From positions 11,160,001-11,224,000 of the forward strand of contig CM022676.1 of the NCBI GenBank assembly GCA_012295275.1: 64,000 bases of DNA, written 5' to 3'. Shown here piece after piece: positions 25,349 through 39,125 of this stretch. The notes under the pieces were generated by a model that was not told the DNA's origin, did no database searches, and saw only the letters and a program-made list of their open reading frames with translations. Position 1 is the first letter of the stretch; every line of letters begins with the position of its first letter. This stretch comes from Chrysomallon squamiferum (lineage: Eukaryota; Animalia; Mollusca). The position numbers and the translations under genes were made by a program.

Positions 25349-28300
25349 TTAAATTTACTTCATATAACAATTGTAGCGCATTTCAATATATATATAAAAA
25401 AAAAAAAAAAAACAAATGACAGTTGCAATGAAAAGCTTACCAACAAGCTGTAAGAGGTTTCGTAGTTTCCTGTTGGGTTAGCATAACCACAGGCATTAAA
25501 CCAAAAACCACCAGCATACGACTGAGCACAATTCCACTTACTGTTGTCATTATCACGTTCGTAAGTGGAGAAAGGCATGTTATTCTGAGATGCGTCATCA
25601 CTGAAACAAAAAGCTTATTAAACGTGCCAAGCAATTTATGTATGTGTGTGTCCTTATATCAATGTGTACACACACACACACTCCTTTAATATGCATCTTT
25701 TATATCTGTTGATGTATTGATATGAATGTATATTTATACATAAAACTAATAATAACTGATAATGAGATATGTTTTGTAGTAAATACATATTACTTATTTA
25801 ATGTGAAGCTGCAGAAAGCAGAACTATCAATGACAATACAAATATCAGTTTTTATTTATTTATTATAATCTCTGTGTGTGTGTCAATTAGATTATTTCTT
25901 TTAATTCTTGTCTTACATCTTAAAATATTCTATGTGATGGGAATTGAATCAGCAAACTCAAGAAAGACTTAACTGTTTTTCATATCAGAGCTATTATTCA
26001 CATTAACTCTGTTACAAATATCCATAATATTAGCATTAATAACTCTGTCTAAAGCCATTAGAATTACACAGGAAATAAAACTGATAAAAACAGTTTAAAA
26101 CATACTCTGAAAATGGATCCTTTGCAGTTCCTGAATATCCTGAAACGTGTATGCGGTACAACTGTTCTTCACTATCCACGTAGAAGTTACTGTATTTAGC
26201 ATATTCATGTTCACCATTCCAGAGAGTAATATCAACTCTCATCTCAGTATCCTGAAATTGTGAAATTACTTCTCTTACTTTAAATAACAAAATGCTACAT
26301 GTGGTACAAACAGTACAAATAAAATAATAATAATAATAGATTACAGCAATGATAATAGCAAATTAAAAATAATAAGAACAAAACCACAAACAGCAAGAAA
26401 ATAGAATACTACTACTACTACTAATAATAATAATAATAATAAGAAGAAGAAGAAGAAGAAGAAGAAAAAGAGGAAGAAGAAACATAATCATGATCAGCAT
26501 CATAATATAAACTGACATTAACTGCAGAAAATAGTATTAGATAGACATAGATTTCTTTTGCTTGTTATTGTTTTCCCCTTTTCTCTTCCTTTTTTCTACA
26601 AATTAAAAAAGAGAAGGTCAAATACCAAATGTATTTTCCTAATCAAACTGAAAAAAGACCTTATGCTGTGAGCACTAATTGCCGATGTACATCTGCCTTC
26701 CCACATTTGTACATTTTAACATTATTTATTATCTTTTGAGTTATGCATAATATTCTTGTGAAATGGTGGCTATTGTTCTGATGTTGAAGAAAAAAATATA
26801 TATAATTCTCAAATGGTGAGCCTTGACACGTGACACTATTTTCAAAATTATTTTTGAATGGAAATATACATATTAATGGAAAGTCTCACTTTTATTTTTA
26901 TGTTATAAATCATTATCTAAAAAAAAAAAAATGTGATCTGATGTGACTGATGACATGAAAAGAAGTAAAACAAAATGTGATAACTGGAACATGTTGCTAA
27001 ACATGCATTAACTTATTCAGATAATCTACTTCAAACACCTGAAAATTTTTTTAAATATTTAATAAATATTTTCTTATTGTTGATTTAGAAGGAAAATATC
27101 ATTTTATCAATAAAATCCGGTGAGGGTCCTTTTAATTTTTTGGTTTTATGTTAAGCAGAGCCTTGAAAAGAATTACAAAACCAAATGTTTACATTTCACA
27201 AAATTCAGTTTATAAATATATTACTTATAAAGACTACCAGCATTTGATGTTTAACTATAATCCTCCGCAATATATATATACTCAGCTAATCCTTGGAGTT
27301 CACTCCAGAAAGATAATGCAGGTACTCATTGGAGGCAATAAAACGTATACAATCATGAGACTAAAGACGATTAAAAGCACAGGTGTGATACATTTGACAT
27401 TTGAAGCAGACAAAATAATTTCCTTAGCTTTGTACTTGCCGATTTGAATGCAAACAAAAGTTACCTATCATCTGCCCATTGTTGAAATTTTCTCTAATGC
27501 AGCTTATCAACAAGCAAAAATATTCTATGATTTATGATTTTATGATATTAAAAGAAGTGATTAGTTTTTTATTCAGCATTCTGTCAACACCTCTAAATAC
27601 ATTGTTTTTTTGTTATGTTTACAATTCCTAATTCGCCGTTTGAAGCAAGAATTTTGAAAGCAAAACAGTTGCCTGTCTTAGAACGAAAGAGATAGTAATC
27701 GGCAAAACATAATGTTAATTCGTTCATTTTAGAACATATTAATATTATATACAGTAAAAGTCAGAACATATAATAAAACATACATCCTGTAAGTTATTAA
27801 AAATATAACCAACTTAGAAATATAATCATTTTAAACAGCGCCAGTTCTTGTTAGTTGCACGTAACATCTAAGGCAATTTGGCCCGACAGGAAACAATTTT
27901 AGCGATTTCGCTACACACGTGCTATAATGTATACGCTAAAAGTAGGAATATTAAAGAAAAACAGACAACCAACAAGTTTAAAAAAAAATATAAACAACAT
28001 AAATATAATCGTTTTCTAGATGTACATAGAATCTATAGCGATTTGGCTCTGTACAAAACGTAACAAATGGCGATTTCACTAAGCACGTGCTACTTTCAAA
28101 TGCGGAGCTGTTCTATGCCAAATGCACACCGTAATGTCGCACGTTGTCGTCGAAATTAAGCGGACTAGTCATTTATTCATTTTTTTCACCGATTTTGACT
28201 TTACAAAATTTCTCTTGGCGATGACATGAATCGTCACCACTGAGCGCCGAATTTAAGAACTCGAAAAAAGTACAAAAACAACAACAAAACAAATCTCACT

Positions 28301-30017
28301 TTATTTTCATGGGAAGAACTACCAATGTGTTACCAGTCTATAAATCTGTTTTGTTTTGGAGAGCATTTAATAGCAGAGACGTACTTTAAAACTGTTTGAA
28401 GTCTGTCGCTTGCGTCGCTTTTCCCCGGAATTTTTATACTCTTTTCAGTTCGTTTGCTCAAATAAAGCATTGTTTTTTTTTTTTTAACGTTACAAACACC
28501 TTGTTTTCATATGTATTTTGTTACTATATGTACAAAACGGTGAAAAAAAAAATCGTGATGTAAAGTGAAAAAATAGGTTCAGTTTTAAAAAGGTAAAGCA
28601 GGTACAGTTCAGCTTTTGAGAATGGGTCGTATATATTATTATTATTACTTGTTTGCATTAATGCATAATTATAACATTCAAATTCAGCTGTTGTTAAGGC
28701 AGGTAATCGATATATTTGGGGTGTAATGATAAAACATTTTGTTGAACAATGTCTTTAAATGATGTAAGCTTATGATATACTAATGAATAGTGATAAAACA
28801 ATGTGTTCCAGTGATGCGAAGCATGGCTGTTAATGAATTGTGCCACAAGACTGATTTTATTTACACACAGATGTAATCAAAGAAATTAAGGGGTACCTCT
28901 ATAAACAAGGCCAAAGCAGGTGACCCATCCCTATGTTTTCAGTGCCACCGTCCCATTTATGATTAAGGATAACCAAAAGGCTTAAAATATATATATATAC
29001 TTTTTATGATTTGGGGATAGGTCAAATATATCTATGGCTTACATATGACAAAATTCATAAAGATCTGGAAACAAATAAATAAATAAATAAATAAATAAAT
29101 AACATCCAATAATATTTTTAACTGAGAAACAATAAATCCCAAATAAATAAGAAAATTAGCAACAAAACAGTATTAATACTAAATAAGGGTACAGACATTA
29201 AAATAAAAAATTAGTCAGTAAATACAATTCTTTAAATTTCAAGAAACAATTTCATGTTTTAGTCTTATTTGAATGATATAAATTACCTTAGCTGATGTAA
29301 AGAGATGAAGATTTTCATTACCCCACCAGAAACCTTTGCTTAGTTTTCCAAATCCGTTCTTATATGAAGACCAACTTCTGTTGAAACTGACATCAGAACT
29401 TACTCGTCTTAGTAGGTAACAAGATAAACAAATAAACAAATAAAATATAATAATAACCACTTTTTCTTTGTTATTATTATTTAAATCACATAAATAAATA
29501 AACAAATAAAATATAATAATAACCACTTTTTCTTTGTTGTTATTATTTAAATCACATAAATAAATAAACAAATAAAATATAATAATAACCACTTTTTCTT
29601 TATTATTATTATTGAAATCACATAAATAAATAAACAATAAAAATATAATAATAACCACTTTCTTTATTTAAATCACATAAATAGTATGTCAAACTAAAAT
29701 TACAATAATAATAATAATCATCATCATCATCATCATCATCATAATAATAATAATAATAATAATAATAATAGAAATAACAATAATAATAGCAATAATAACA
29801 ATAATAAATAGTGGTATAGCTCTTACCACTGCTCTGCTACTACTACTAGTACTACTACATCTAATAATATTGTTATATATATAATACCTAAGGAAGATTA
29901 GCCATCCTCCACCGTCTGTCTTCATATCACAGGGAGCAAGAACATGTTTACGTCCAGGCATGTTTATCATGTGGATGCCACTTCCAGTTTTAACTTCTCG
30001 ACAAGTAAATCTTGCCT
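24733..30017 (-). other. FReD-encoding exons 18-22 of copy B
   Basis: Same canonical FReD motif series as copy A; exon lengths 130/121/146/160/84. Confidence 0.92.
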
Positions 30018-31662
30018 CTGTATATATGTGTGTATATAATAAAAATAATGATTATGATAAAATAATAATAATAATAAGAAGAAGAAGAAGAAGAAGAAGG
30101 AGCAAGAGGAGGAGGAGGAGCAGGAGGAGGAGGAGCAGGAGGAGGAGGAGGAGCAGGATGATAATGATGATAATGATGATTAAGAAGTATGGGAAGTAAA
30201 TAAATACTAAATAAATACTAAATAAGCACAGTGGAACCTCATGGTTACAAACACCTCGAAGTAAGAACAAATCGGATTACGAATCGTGATCTTGGGCAAT
30301 TTTTGTCTCAGTTTACGAATAACGTCCCGAGTTACGAACTACAGCGACGCACCACGACAAGCTTTCTTTTGACGTCGGTTTTGACGTCAACATCCAGTAA
30401 AGATAACAATAGATGTTTACATCAAACCGAGGTCAAAGTAAGGATTATAGGCATGCCCTATAGCAAATATATATCATGAATTAGGACCTTTAGTCTTCCA
30501 TACATAGATGCAGCTCAAAAGATTTTGCAATGAGATTGTGTGCTTGCAGTTTTTAAAGTGTTGCTGCTTTTATGGGTATATTTTTTATTATAACCTATCC
30601 AAAAATGCTGATGGAAAGTACAAACGTGTCACAGTAGAGGTTAAGAAAGAAATAATTGCAAAACATGAGAGTGTCTGACATCGCTTCGGTTTACGAATCG
30701 AGTTCTGGAACGAATTAAGTTCGTAACCCCAGTTCCACTGTAAATAAATAAAAAAAGATAAATGCAAAGAAAAAAAAAATAAGACACCAGTTTAATATAA
30801 AGTTTTGTGTATTTCATACCATAAAACCAGGCCACTGTTGGTCCAATATCGTAGCAGATTAATCCAGTATTTTTGTATTGGCTGTTGCTACTGTGACATT
30901 TTCCTTCAGATGTGCAGTAATGTTTCTGTAACATTATATACTTAGTGGTAACAAGTTAATATTTATATGTATTTAATATCTAAAAATGGTTCAGAATCTA
31001 ATAATACCTAACAAAAAGGAATGTTTTAATATCTGGATATGTTGTAGATATTTAGAAAAAAGTCATATTGGGAAATAGTTGTGTAGAAAGTCTAGTCAAT
31101 ATTTAAAATTATATATTAAAATAACTTTTAAAACAATAAAATAATTTAAAAAAAAAATTTTTGTAATCTTTCACAGAAAGGCCTCTGTCATGATGGCAAG
31201 TGTTTGTAAACAACATATCAGCATCTCTCAGGACAATTCAGTTACTGGTTTGGATCTGAGTTAGTTGACAAGTTATACAACAAGAAATCTGAAGTGTCTA
31301 TAAATACTGAAGACATTCAGACATACTGTCACAGTGTATAAATTACTTACTGCCACAGAACAAGTTACTTTCTTTCCACTGATGTGACAACTTTCACACT
31401 CAGAATTGTGGATGACTACTACGTGTTCTTTGCTGAAAGTGTTGCCATCGTTTGAAACTGAGATGTAAAGAACTCGGATGGCACTGATGCCAGTCAAGCC
31501 CTGATGTGGTCGTGTGTATTTTCGTTTTGGTATGGGACACATGGCCATCACGAGATTCTTTACATTGGCCAGTACAGTTTTAACTGCTTGCTTAACAACA
31601 ACATTATTCCTTATCTGTGAAAAATTAAATAACAATGACGACGACGACGATGATGATGATGA

Positions 31663-31700
<38 letters not shown>

Positions 31701-34700
31701 ATAATAATAATAAAATAAAAAAAAAAAAAATATATATATACAATTTAAAAAAAAAAAAAAAAAAATCTAGACAAAAGTTTATCAAGATATTTGAACTAAT
31801 TATTATTACATGTTTAATTTTTACTCTATGTGCGGATGACTGGATAAAATTATTATTCTTTCTTCTATAAACCCAACTGATACACTAACATGACTTCACC
31901 TGTGAATTCTAGCACAATACAATCATTCTAAACATTCTGAGTGATGAAGACTGAAGATAATGATGAAAATAAAAACAAATATCTATTATGCAAACAACTG
32001 GATTTTGTATCTTCTCTAAAGTTGTAAAAACTAATAATAATAAAACTTACGTAAACTTGTCGTAGTCTACACACTGTTTTTGGGCTGGTAACAAAAAAAT
32101 TAGCATTAACTGTAACTTCATCACAAGGGTCCTCAAGAAGATCACACCCTTCCCTTCATTAATGTCATGAACATCTGGTGGAATTCGAATATCAGTGGAG
32201 CAGTCAGCACCACTAAAATATTTGTCACAGACACAAGTTCCTGATTAAAAGAAAATATAAGAGAGATATCAAGAAAAAATTTGGTAAATAAAATGCAAGA
32301 TATAGACATTCTAATTTTGATTAGAAATAGAATGGGTGAAAAAAATCAATAATTTTATTAAGAAATAAAGGAAGTAAATACTGAACAGAAATGTGAAAAA
32401 CATTTCTTTTAAAATTAATGTGAACAAAGGGAACAAGTATTAGCTTTTCTTAAGAGAAAGTTTGAAAATAATTAATTAAGTAAAATTGTACATAAATCTA
32501 TAATTATTGTAGTACTTGGTTTTCAACTTGTAAAAATGTCGAGTTAAAGCTAATAAACAAAGAAACAAACCATTAGTACACTGCCCTCTATGTGAACAGT
32601 CAGATGGACAGGAAACACTGATGACTTGAGTCAGTATCGATTCTTTTCCTTTTGTCTTATGAAATTCTTCATTCATAACTGCTTCATTTATACAAGTAGA
32701 TTTCACATTTTCGGTCGATGATTCAGCAAAGATGGTATTACCAGTTGCCTAAATTAGGGTTAAAAACGGAATCTGTTTTATTTTGATATGATGATTGACG
32801 CTAGTTCAGTTGTCCGATTACAGTGGGAAGAAACACATTTCACTAAAAGGAGGTTAAAATAGAAAACAGGCAGCAGTTTTCTGTTCTCAGTCTTTAGTAA
32901 TATGTATGAGCCAACTAATCTGCAGAAAACTATGTTATTGTTGAGAAACAAAGGTGATATTCAAAAGACAGGGAGACTATTATTGGTACAAATTATTTGA
33001 TTAAAGAGTATGTGTTTCCTTTTTATTGTTACATTTTTTTCTGGAAGCTTTTTAAACCATTACAGTAGTAAAATATTGCTATGAAACAGTTTCATGAACG
33101 TCACTACTTTGAATCTTTAGAGCTGTTTCTTATGTTTTATTAATTTCTTTTTCTTATAAATAATAATTCTAGATATCATCCACTAACATAAAGAAAGAAA
33201 TAAACTCTCACCGAAGCGTCATATATACAGTCCTCCAGGAAACTCTCGTGATCAATTCCTGAGACTGATTTACATAACTTAACAGTTTTTGATTCTAAGA
33301 AGTTTTTCTGGCATAACGTTTTTGCTTCTGCCTTTGATAGTTTCCGAGTGACATTTGGCAGATTTTGCATGTTATTTGGTACATCCTATATTTAAGAAAA
33401 ACATTTAGAAAATTATAATATCAAATTCTCTTCTATTAATAATAAAAGTAACAACACAAATAATTATATTAATATGAAGAAGACAAAAAATAACAGTACT
33501 TCTTGAAATTAAAATTACTAAACCAAACAAACTGCAAGTAACATTTGTAAAAATCTCCATCTTAAAACTGATCTGCAGTCTTGAATCTGTGGGTATATGT
33601 TTCTTTTTCCCTGATGTTATCATTAGTTATAATCGAGGCTATTCTGATAAGGAAACGTAGGGAAGTGAAATCTCATCAGTACAGAGATGCAGCAACTGGT
33701 CAAGCTAGAATGAAGTTTGTGTGTTGAAACACAGAGAGAGTTAGGGTTAAGAGGTGATCAGCTCAGTTGAACTTGTCAGCTGACTCTTTCTTTTCCTGAA
33801 ACTGGTGAAAATACTGATGAGATAGCCGAATGAAAGCTGTGAGTTTGACAGCATATATGTCCGTGTTGAGCTACTGAGAAACAAAGAAGGGTGGAGAGGT
33901 GATCAATTTATTAACAATTCAGTCGAAAATAATGTTTCAATAGGCTTATTCGTTTTGTGAAACTCTTGCAAGTATTCTTTAGATGTAATGACATCTATGT
34001 GACGGTGTACGTGTGTGCATCAAGATGCAGAAAAACAAAACGTTTTCGGCGTTCTCATTAATTTAATAGAAATTCCACTGCTGTAAATATTGTTGAGACG
34101 GAATATCTGCGGAGTGAGTTGGTGTATGTTTGTGTGTCTCTTTGTATGAAGAAAGATATAAAAGGAGGGTGGATAGTTCCACTCAACATAATGCACCAAC
34201 AGACTCACTCTTCTACTGAACCTGCTGTAAACATTGTCTTCACTCTCAGCATAAGTGATGGATCTCTTTTTCTTCCGAGCTCGAAATATGCATTGTCTCC
34301 TATTTGGTGACTCTACTCTTTCAGGTTGTAGTTGTTGACAGTATTCAGTCTCTACTCTTGGTCCACATAGTACTAAATTGCATGGCATATGCCGACACTT
34401 GTTTTCCTCTGGACAGTAACACAAGTATGAAACATCTTTCCACTTTTTGAGATTAGCAAAATTGTCGTTCACAAAAAGATTCTCCGAATCTTTCACTCTG
34501 TTAAAACATCAGATTCTGTTATTTGTCTGCATAACATATCTAACAGTAATATTAATAATACAAATTAGTACTAGCACTAATATTTCCAACGCTAGTATTA
34601 CTTTTTTTTTTTTTTTTTATATATATATATATATACTTTATGATTATAAATTTATTTATCTACTTTTTTAAATATATATAAATTATTTTCTGAACTGCCT

Positions 34701-36230
34701 TATTATTTAATTTAAATTTATATATTTATTTACTTCCAAGAGTCTGTGAATTTCTTTTGATTATCTATTCCGTTGTTACTGCCGCGGGGAATCAGTGCCC
34801 CTGTTCCGAGTTCTCCACACAGGCCTCTGGAGGATTTATAGTCCAGAAGAGAGGGGTAAATGAAAACATTTAAAAAATGAGATTTTATATATAGTTTAAG
34901 CTCAATTCTCGCTCCTGTAGGAAGGTATATCTGGAAGACAAAAAAAACAAATGAAATAAAATAAAATAAAATAAATAACAAATACAAAAAGAAAAAGAAA
35001 TCTAACAATGAAATTAATATAATTACTATTACAATTATGAAAACTCTGACCATTTCTTTGTTATACTATTATTGTCATATCAGTGTACCTGATAATCAGT
35101 TTCAGATTTTCGACGAACGTCTAACACGTCGTTGCTATCATCACACAAAGTGTAACCAATTTTGTATCTATACCGACACATGTCAACTTGAAACACATTT
35201 CTACCTGACCTGACAGCTATAGCACAGGTACAGGCAACCGAATCACCACACATATAGGTTTCAATCTGAACCTGAAATAATCATTCATATTTAACAGAGG
35301 TACCATTCTACACCTATCTACTACATGTATACATTGTAACTGTATAATTATATCAAGTAAACATGTATGTGACTATTGCATACCATATAACTGCAACTTC
35401 TTGTGTGCATGTATTCACTGCAGTTGTATAACTATTAGGTTACCTGTATACGCTATAGTTACACGTGTGAGTCTGTATCCACATGCATACACTGTGTGTG
35501 TACTTGTGTATCTGTATGTAAACACTGTAGTTGTGTGTGTATGTCTTAGTGTACATGTATACACTGTAGTTGTGTGTGTGTCTTAGTGTACATGTATACA
35601 CTGTAGTTGTATGTGTGTCTTAGTGTATATGTATACACTGTAGTTGTATGTGTATATCTTAGTGTACAAGTATACACTGTAGCTGTACATGTCTCAGTGT
35701 ACATATATAAATAAGGGTCCATGTGTACTGTTATATGTATGCATTTCAATATACATGTATACATAGATTTTAGTTGTATATATGTGTTAATATGGAAAGA
35801 TTCATTGTTTGTATGTCAGTGTACATGCCATGTACAGCATAAACTATATATTTTCAAGTGTATCCTCTGAACCTATGGATGATTCCTAATAAAAACATTC
35901 CTACATGAGTGATAACATTTTGGTTAGAGATCTCCAAGGAATGATGTTGGTGATGTTGTGCAAAGTGTTTGGGAGAAATCCAAGTCACAGATATTTTCCA
36001 CCTTTGAAATTTATTACTGACAATAAAATATTATTTCAGTAATTTCCGAAATATTGCCAACAACTTATTTTACACTAGAAGGAAGTCACCCATATCAAAG
36101 TATATTTTTAGAATTCACAGAAAAAAAATTGCATTCAAGATGTCACATAACAGCATTGAAATGACTCACATGAGTTCTATATTACATATATTACAAAAGT
36201 GGCTTATATATATATATATATATATATATA

Positions 36231-36279
<49 letters not shown>

Positions 36280-36932
36280 AATATAAAACTTCCTAACATA
36301 TTTCACATTCAATAAGTGTTACCTTACTAATAACATAATCTGAGTGGGTTGCGAAAACTCAGGCCAAAAAAGCAAACTAAAGATGTGGTATTTTGGATGG
36401 CACACTTTATGCATCACATCATAGTTTTCTAAATGCCTGTATCCCCTACACGTGATAATAAGCATCTCAGGCACTGGCACCTAGACCTGTTTCTCAAGCT
36501 CGGTTACATCTGTCTTTCACTGACCAGCCTATCAGAAGTGGCCTAATTTTGATCAGTGAAACTACTGAGATGCCAAAAGTGAAAATAATAACCTGTTCCT
36601 GAGTCAGCCAAGAATCTGCAGATAGATCATCAATATTTCTCTAAAAACGGAGACCCAATTTCCAAATGGCAAGCACGGTAACATAATTCAGTTTATGTAG
36701 ATACTTGGCATAACAGTGATATTTTAAGGACAGTTGCACAATCTGACACAAAACTGCTCACCTCATTTGGAATGCAGGACATATGGTAGCATAGTAGTAC
36801 ACCGTACTGAGATTACAAATAAATAGTCAATTATTAAAACTGATGACATCTAATTTATTTGATCGAATGACATACTTTCCATGATTTTTATGATTAGCTG
36901 ACAATATCACCAATATCATTATTGGAGACCTC

Positions 36933-36975
<43 letters not shown>

Positions 36976-37430
36976 CATAATAATTTTTTTTTTTTTTTCT
37001 AAGGAAAATATCATCTATGAGATGTGTGATTACACACACATGAATAAGAATATGCTGTATTCATAAATATGTATGTTTGACAGACTGTATGTTTGTGTAT
37101 ATGTTCCAAGTCTCTTAAATAAATGAATGAATAAGTATATAAATCAAATCTTACATTTACAGGAAAACCATGTACAGTGTACAGAACAAATGTATCTGGA
37201 TCCATGAAATCAATAGTCCTGAAACAAAAATCAGAGACAATTATCAGCTGTTTTACATTTCAAACAAATATTTTCCTACCGCTCCTACTGCTTCTGCAAA
37301 CACTGGAGCTAGTTCTCCTGCTGTTACCAGTAGTAATATCATTTACTACATTTATTGGTTACTGTAGTTGTTACCATTGATATTACTATGATTATTATCA
37401 ACATCATATTATAATTTTTGATTTTTAAAA

Positions 37431-37482
<52 letters not shown>

Positions 37483-39073
37483 GCTGCATACGTCTTACAT
37501 GCCTTACGTCTGGTGATGTACAGTTGTGACATGCAAAAGTACACCTTCTTTTTATGACAAAAGTCTTAAGATGAAGATCACCAGTTGCCGAATATTTCTG
37601 ACCTTGTTAAACTTATTATATTTATCACTGTTATTGTTCTTCTTCTTATCACCATCATCATCGTTATTTTTCTGTTCTTGTGTTGTACTTTTATTATTAT
37701 TGTTGTTGCTGTTGTTATTATTATAATTATGCTGTTTATGTGTTACACATATAAACTACATTGAACAACAGCATGGTGACCATGAGTGTACAGGCGGCTG
37801 TTAAATACAAGAAACACACCTTTGACTACTAAAGGGCTTAAGATGAGGATCACCAGTGGACGAACACTTTTGACTTTTGAGCACTGTTAAATCTTTGGTA
37901 ATCTGGATCTGACAAAAATAAATAAATAAATAAATAAATACTATTGCAATCATGCTACATTTAATTTTACTACATATGTTAGGGACATCTGTAATATATA
38001 TCTGTGTTAAATATGTTTTAGGTAAGTATGTTAGTTATACATTAAGTTTATAATGTTAGGTGGATGCTACATATTTGATAGAAATGGATGAAAATGTTGG
38101 GTATATGCTGTAAGTATATATGTAAAGGTACTTAGTATATGTGTTACTAGTATCTATCTATGTGTGTTTGTGTGTGTGTGTGTTTGCATGTGTGTCTGTG
38201 AATTTAAACTTACTCTAACAAGACCAATGTTTGTATAATTAGTCCACATAATATGGCCGATAAAATATTCATCAGTGTAAAACACAAGTGTTGTGAGTGT
38301 CACTCTCTTTGCATTGGTTTTAACCAGTGAGTTCGCTCGTACTTCAAAATTTTGCTCTACGTTCCAGTTGTTACTTGACACACTGACACCACACATGTCT
38401 GCTATCAGTGGACGGTCTTTGCAGTTTGCTATGTCGTACGTGTACACTAAAACAGGCAGCTCACACCTTTTACTGAAATCTCCTGTTTCTGAACAACCAA
38501 ATGGCACAGTCAGCTTGAAGGGCACCTTTATTTGTTCATTCTGACTGATAATAAATGACTGTTTTGGGAGCTGAAAAAAAAAACAAAAAAACCCTGATAT
38601 CTGCGTATCTATCTATCTATATATTTTACTCCCACTAATATATATATATATATATATATATAACAACAATTCTGACTAATAACATCAGAGCAGAATATTT
38701 CTGAGTGTACCATTACAAAATACTAAACACACATATTTTGGCACAACTTTGTTTAAGGACTGCAAACAGGCATTGTGGCTTTCCATTATGTTTACTGCTT
38801 TAGGGTATCTGCTGGTAATTATGGTAATAGTTACACCTAAATTGTATCACTGTATACAAGTTGGAATTTCTGGAGTATGTGAATTAGAGACAATCTTACC
38901 ATTATTCCAATAAATTTTCTGTCACTAAGAGCCTGTTTGCTGAGTGCTGAATCTGCCTCAACGCTAGCTCTTAATGAACAGCGAATCTGAAAACATTTCA
39001 TCATACTGAATTATAAATATATCTTTGCAAATAAAGCGTTTTATATACACTGATTTAACATACATTTAGAAAC

Positions 39074-39125
<52 letters not shown>

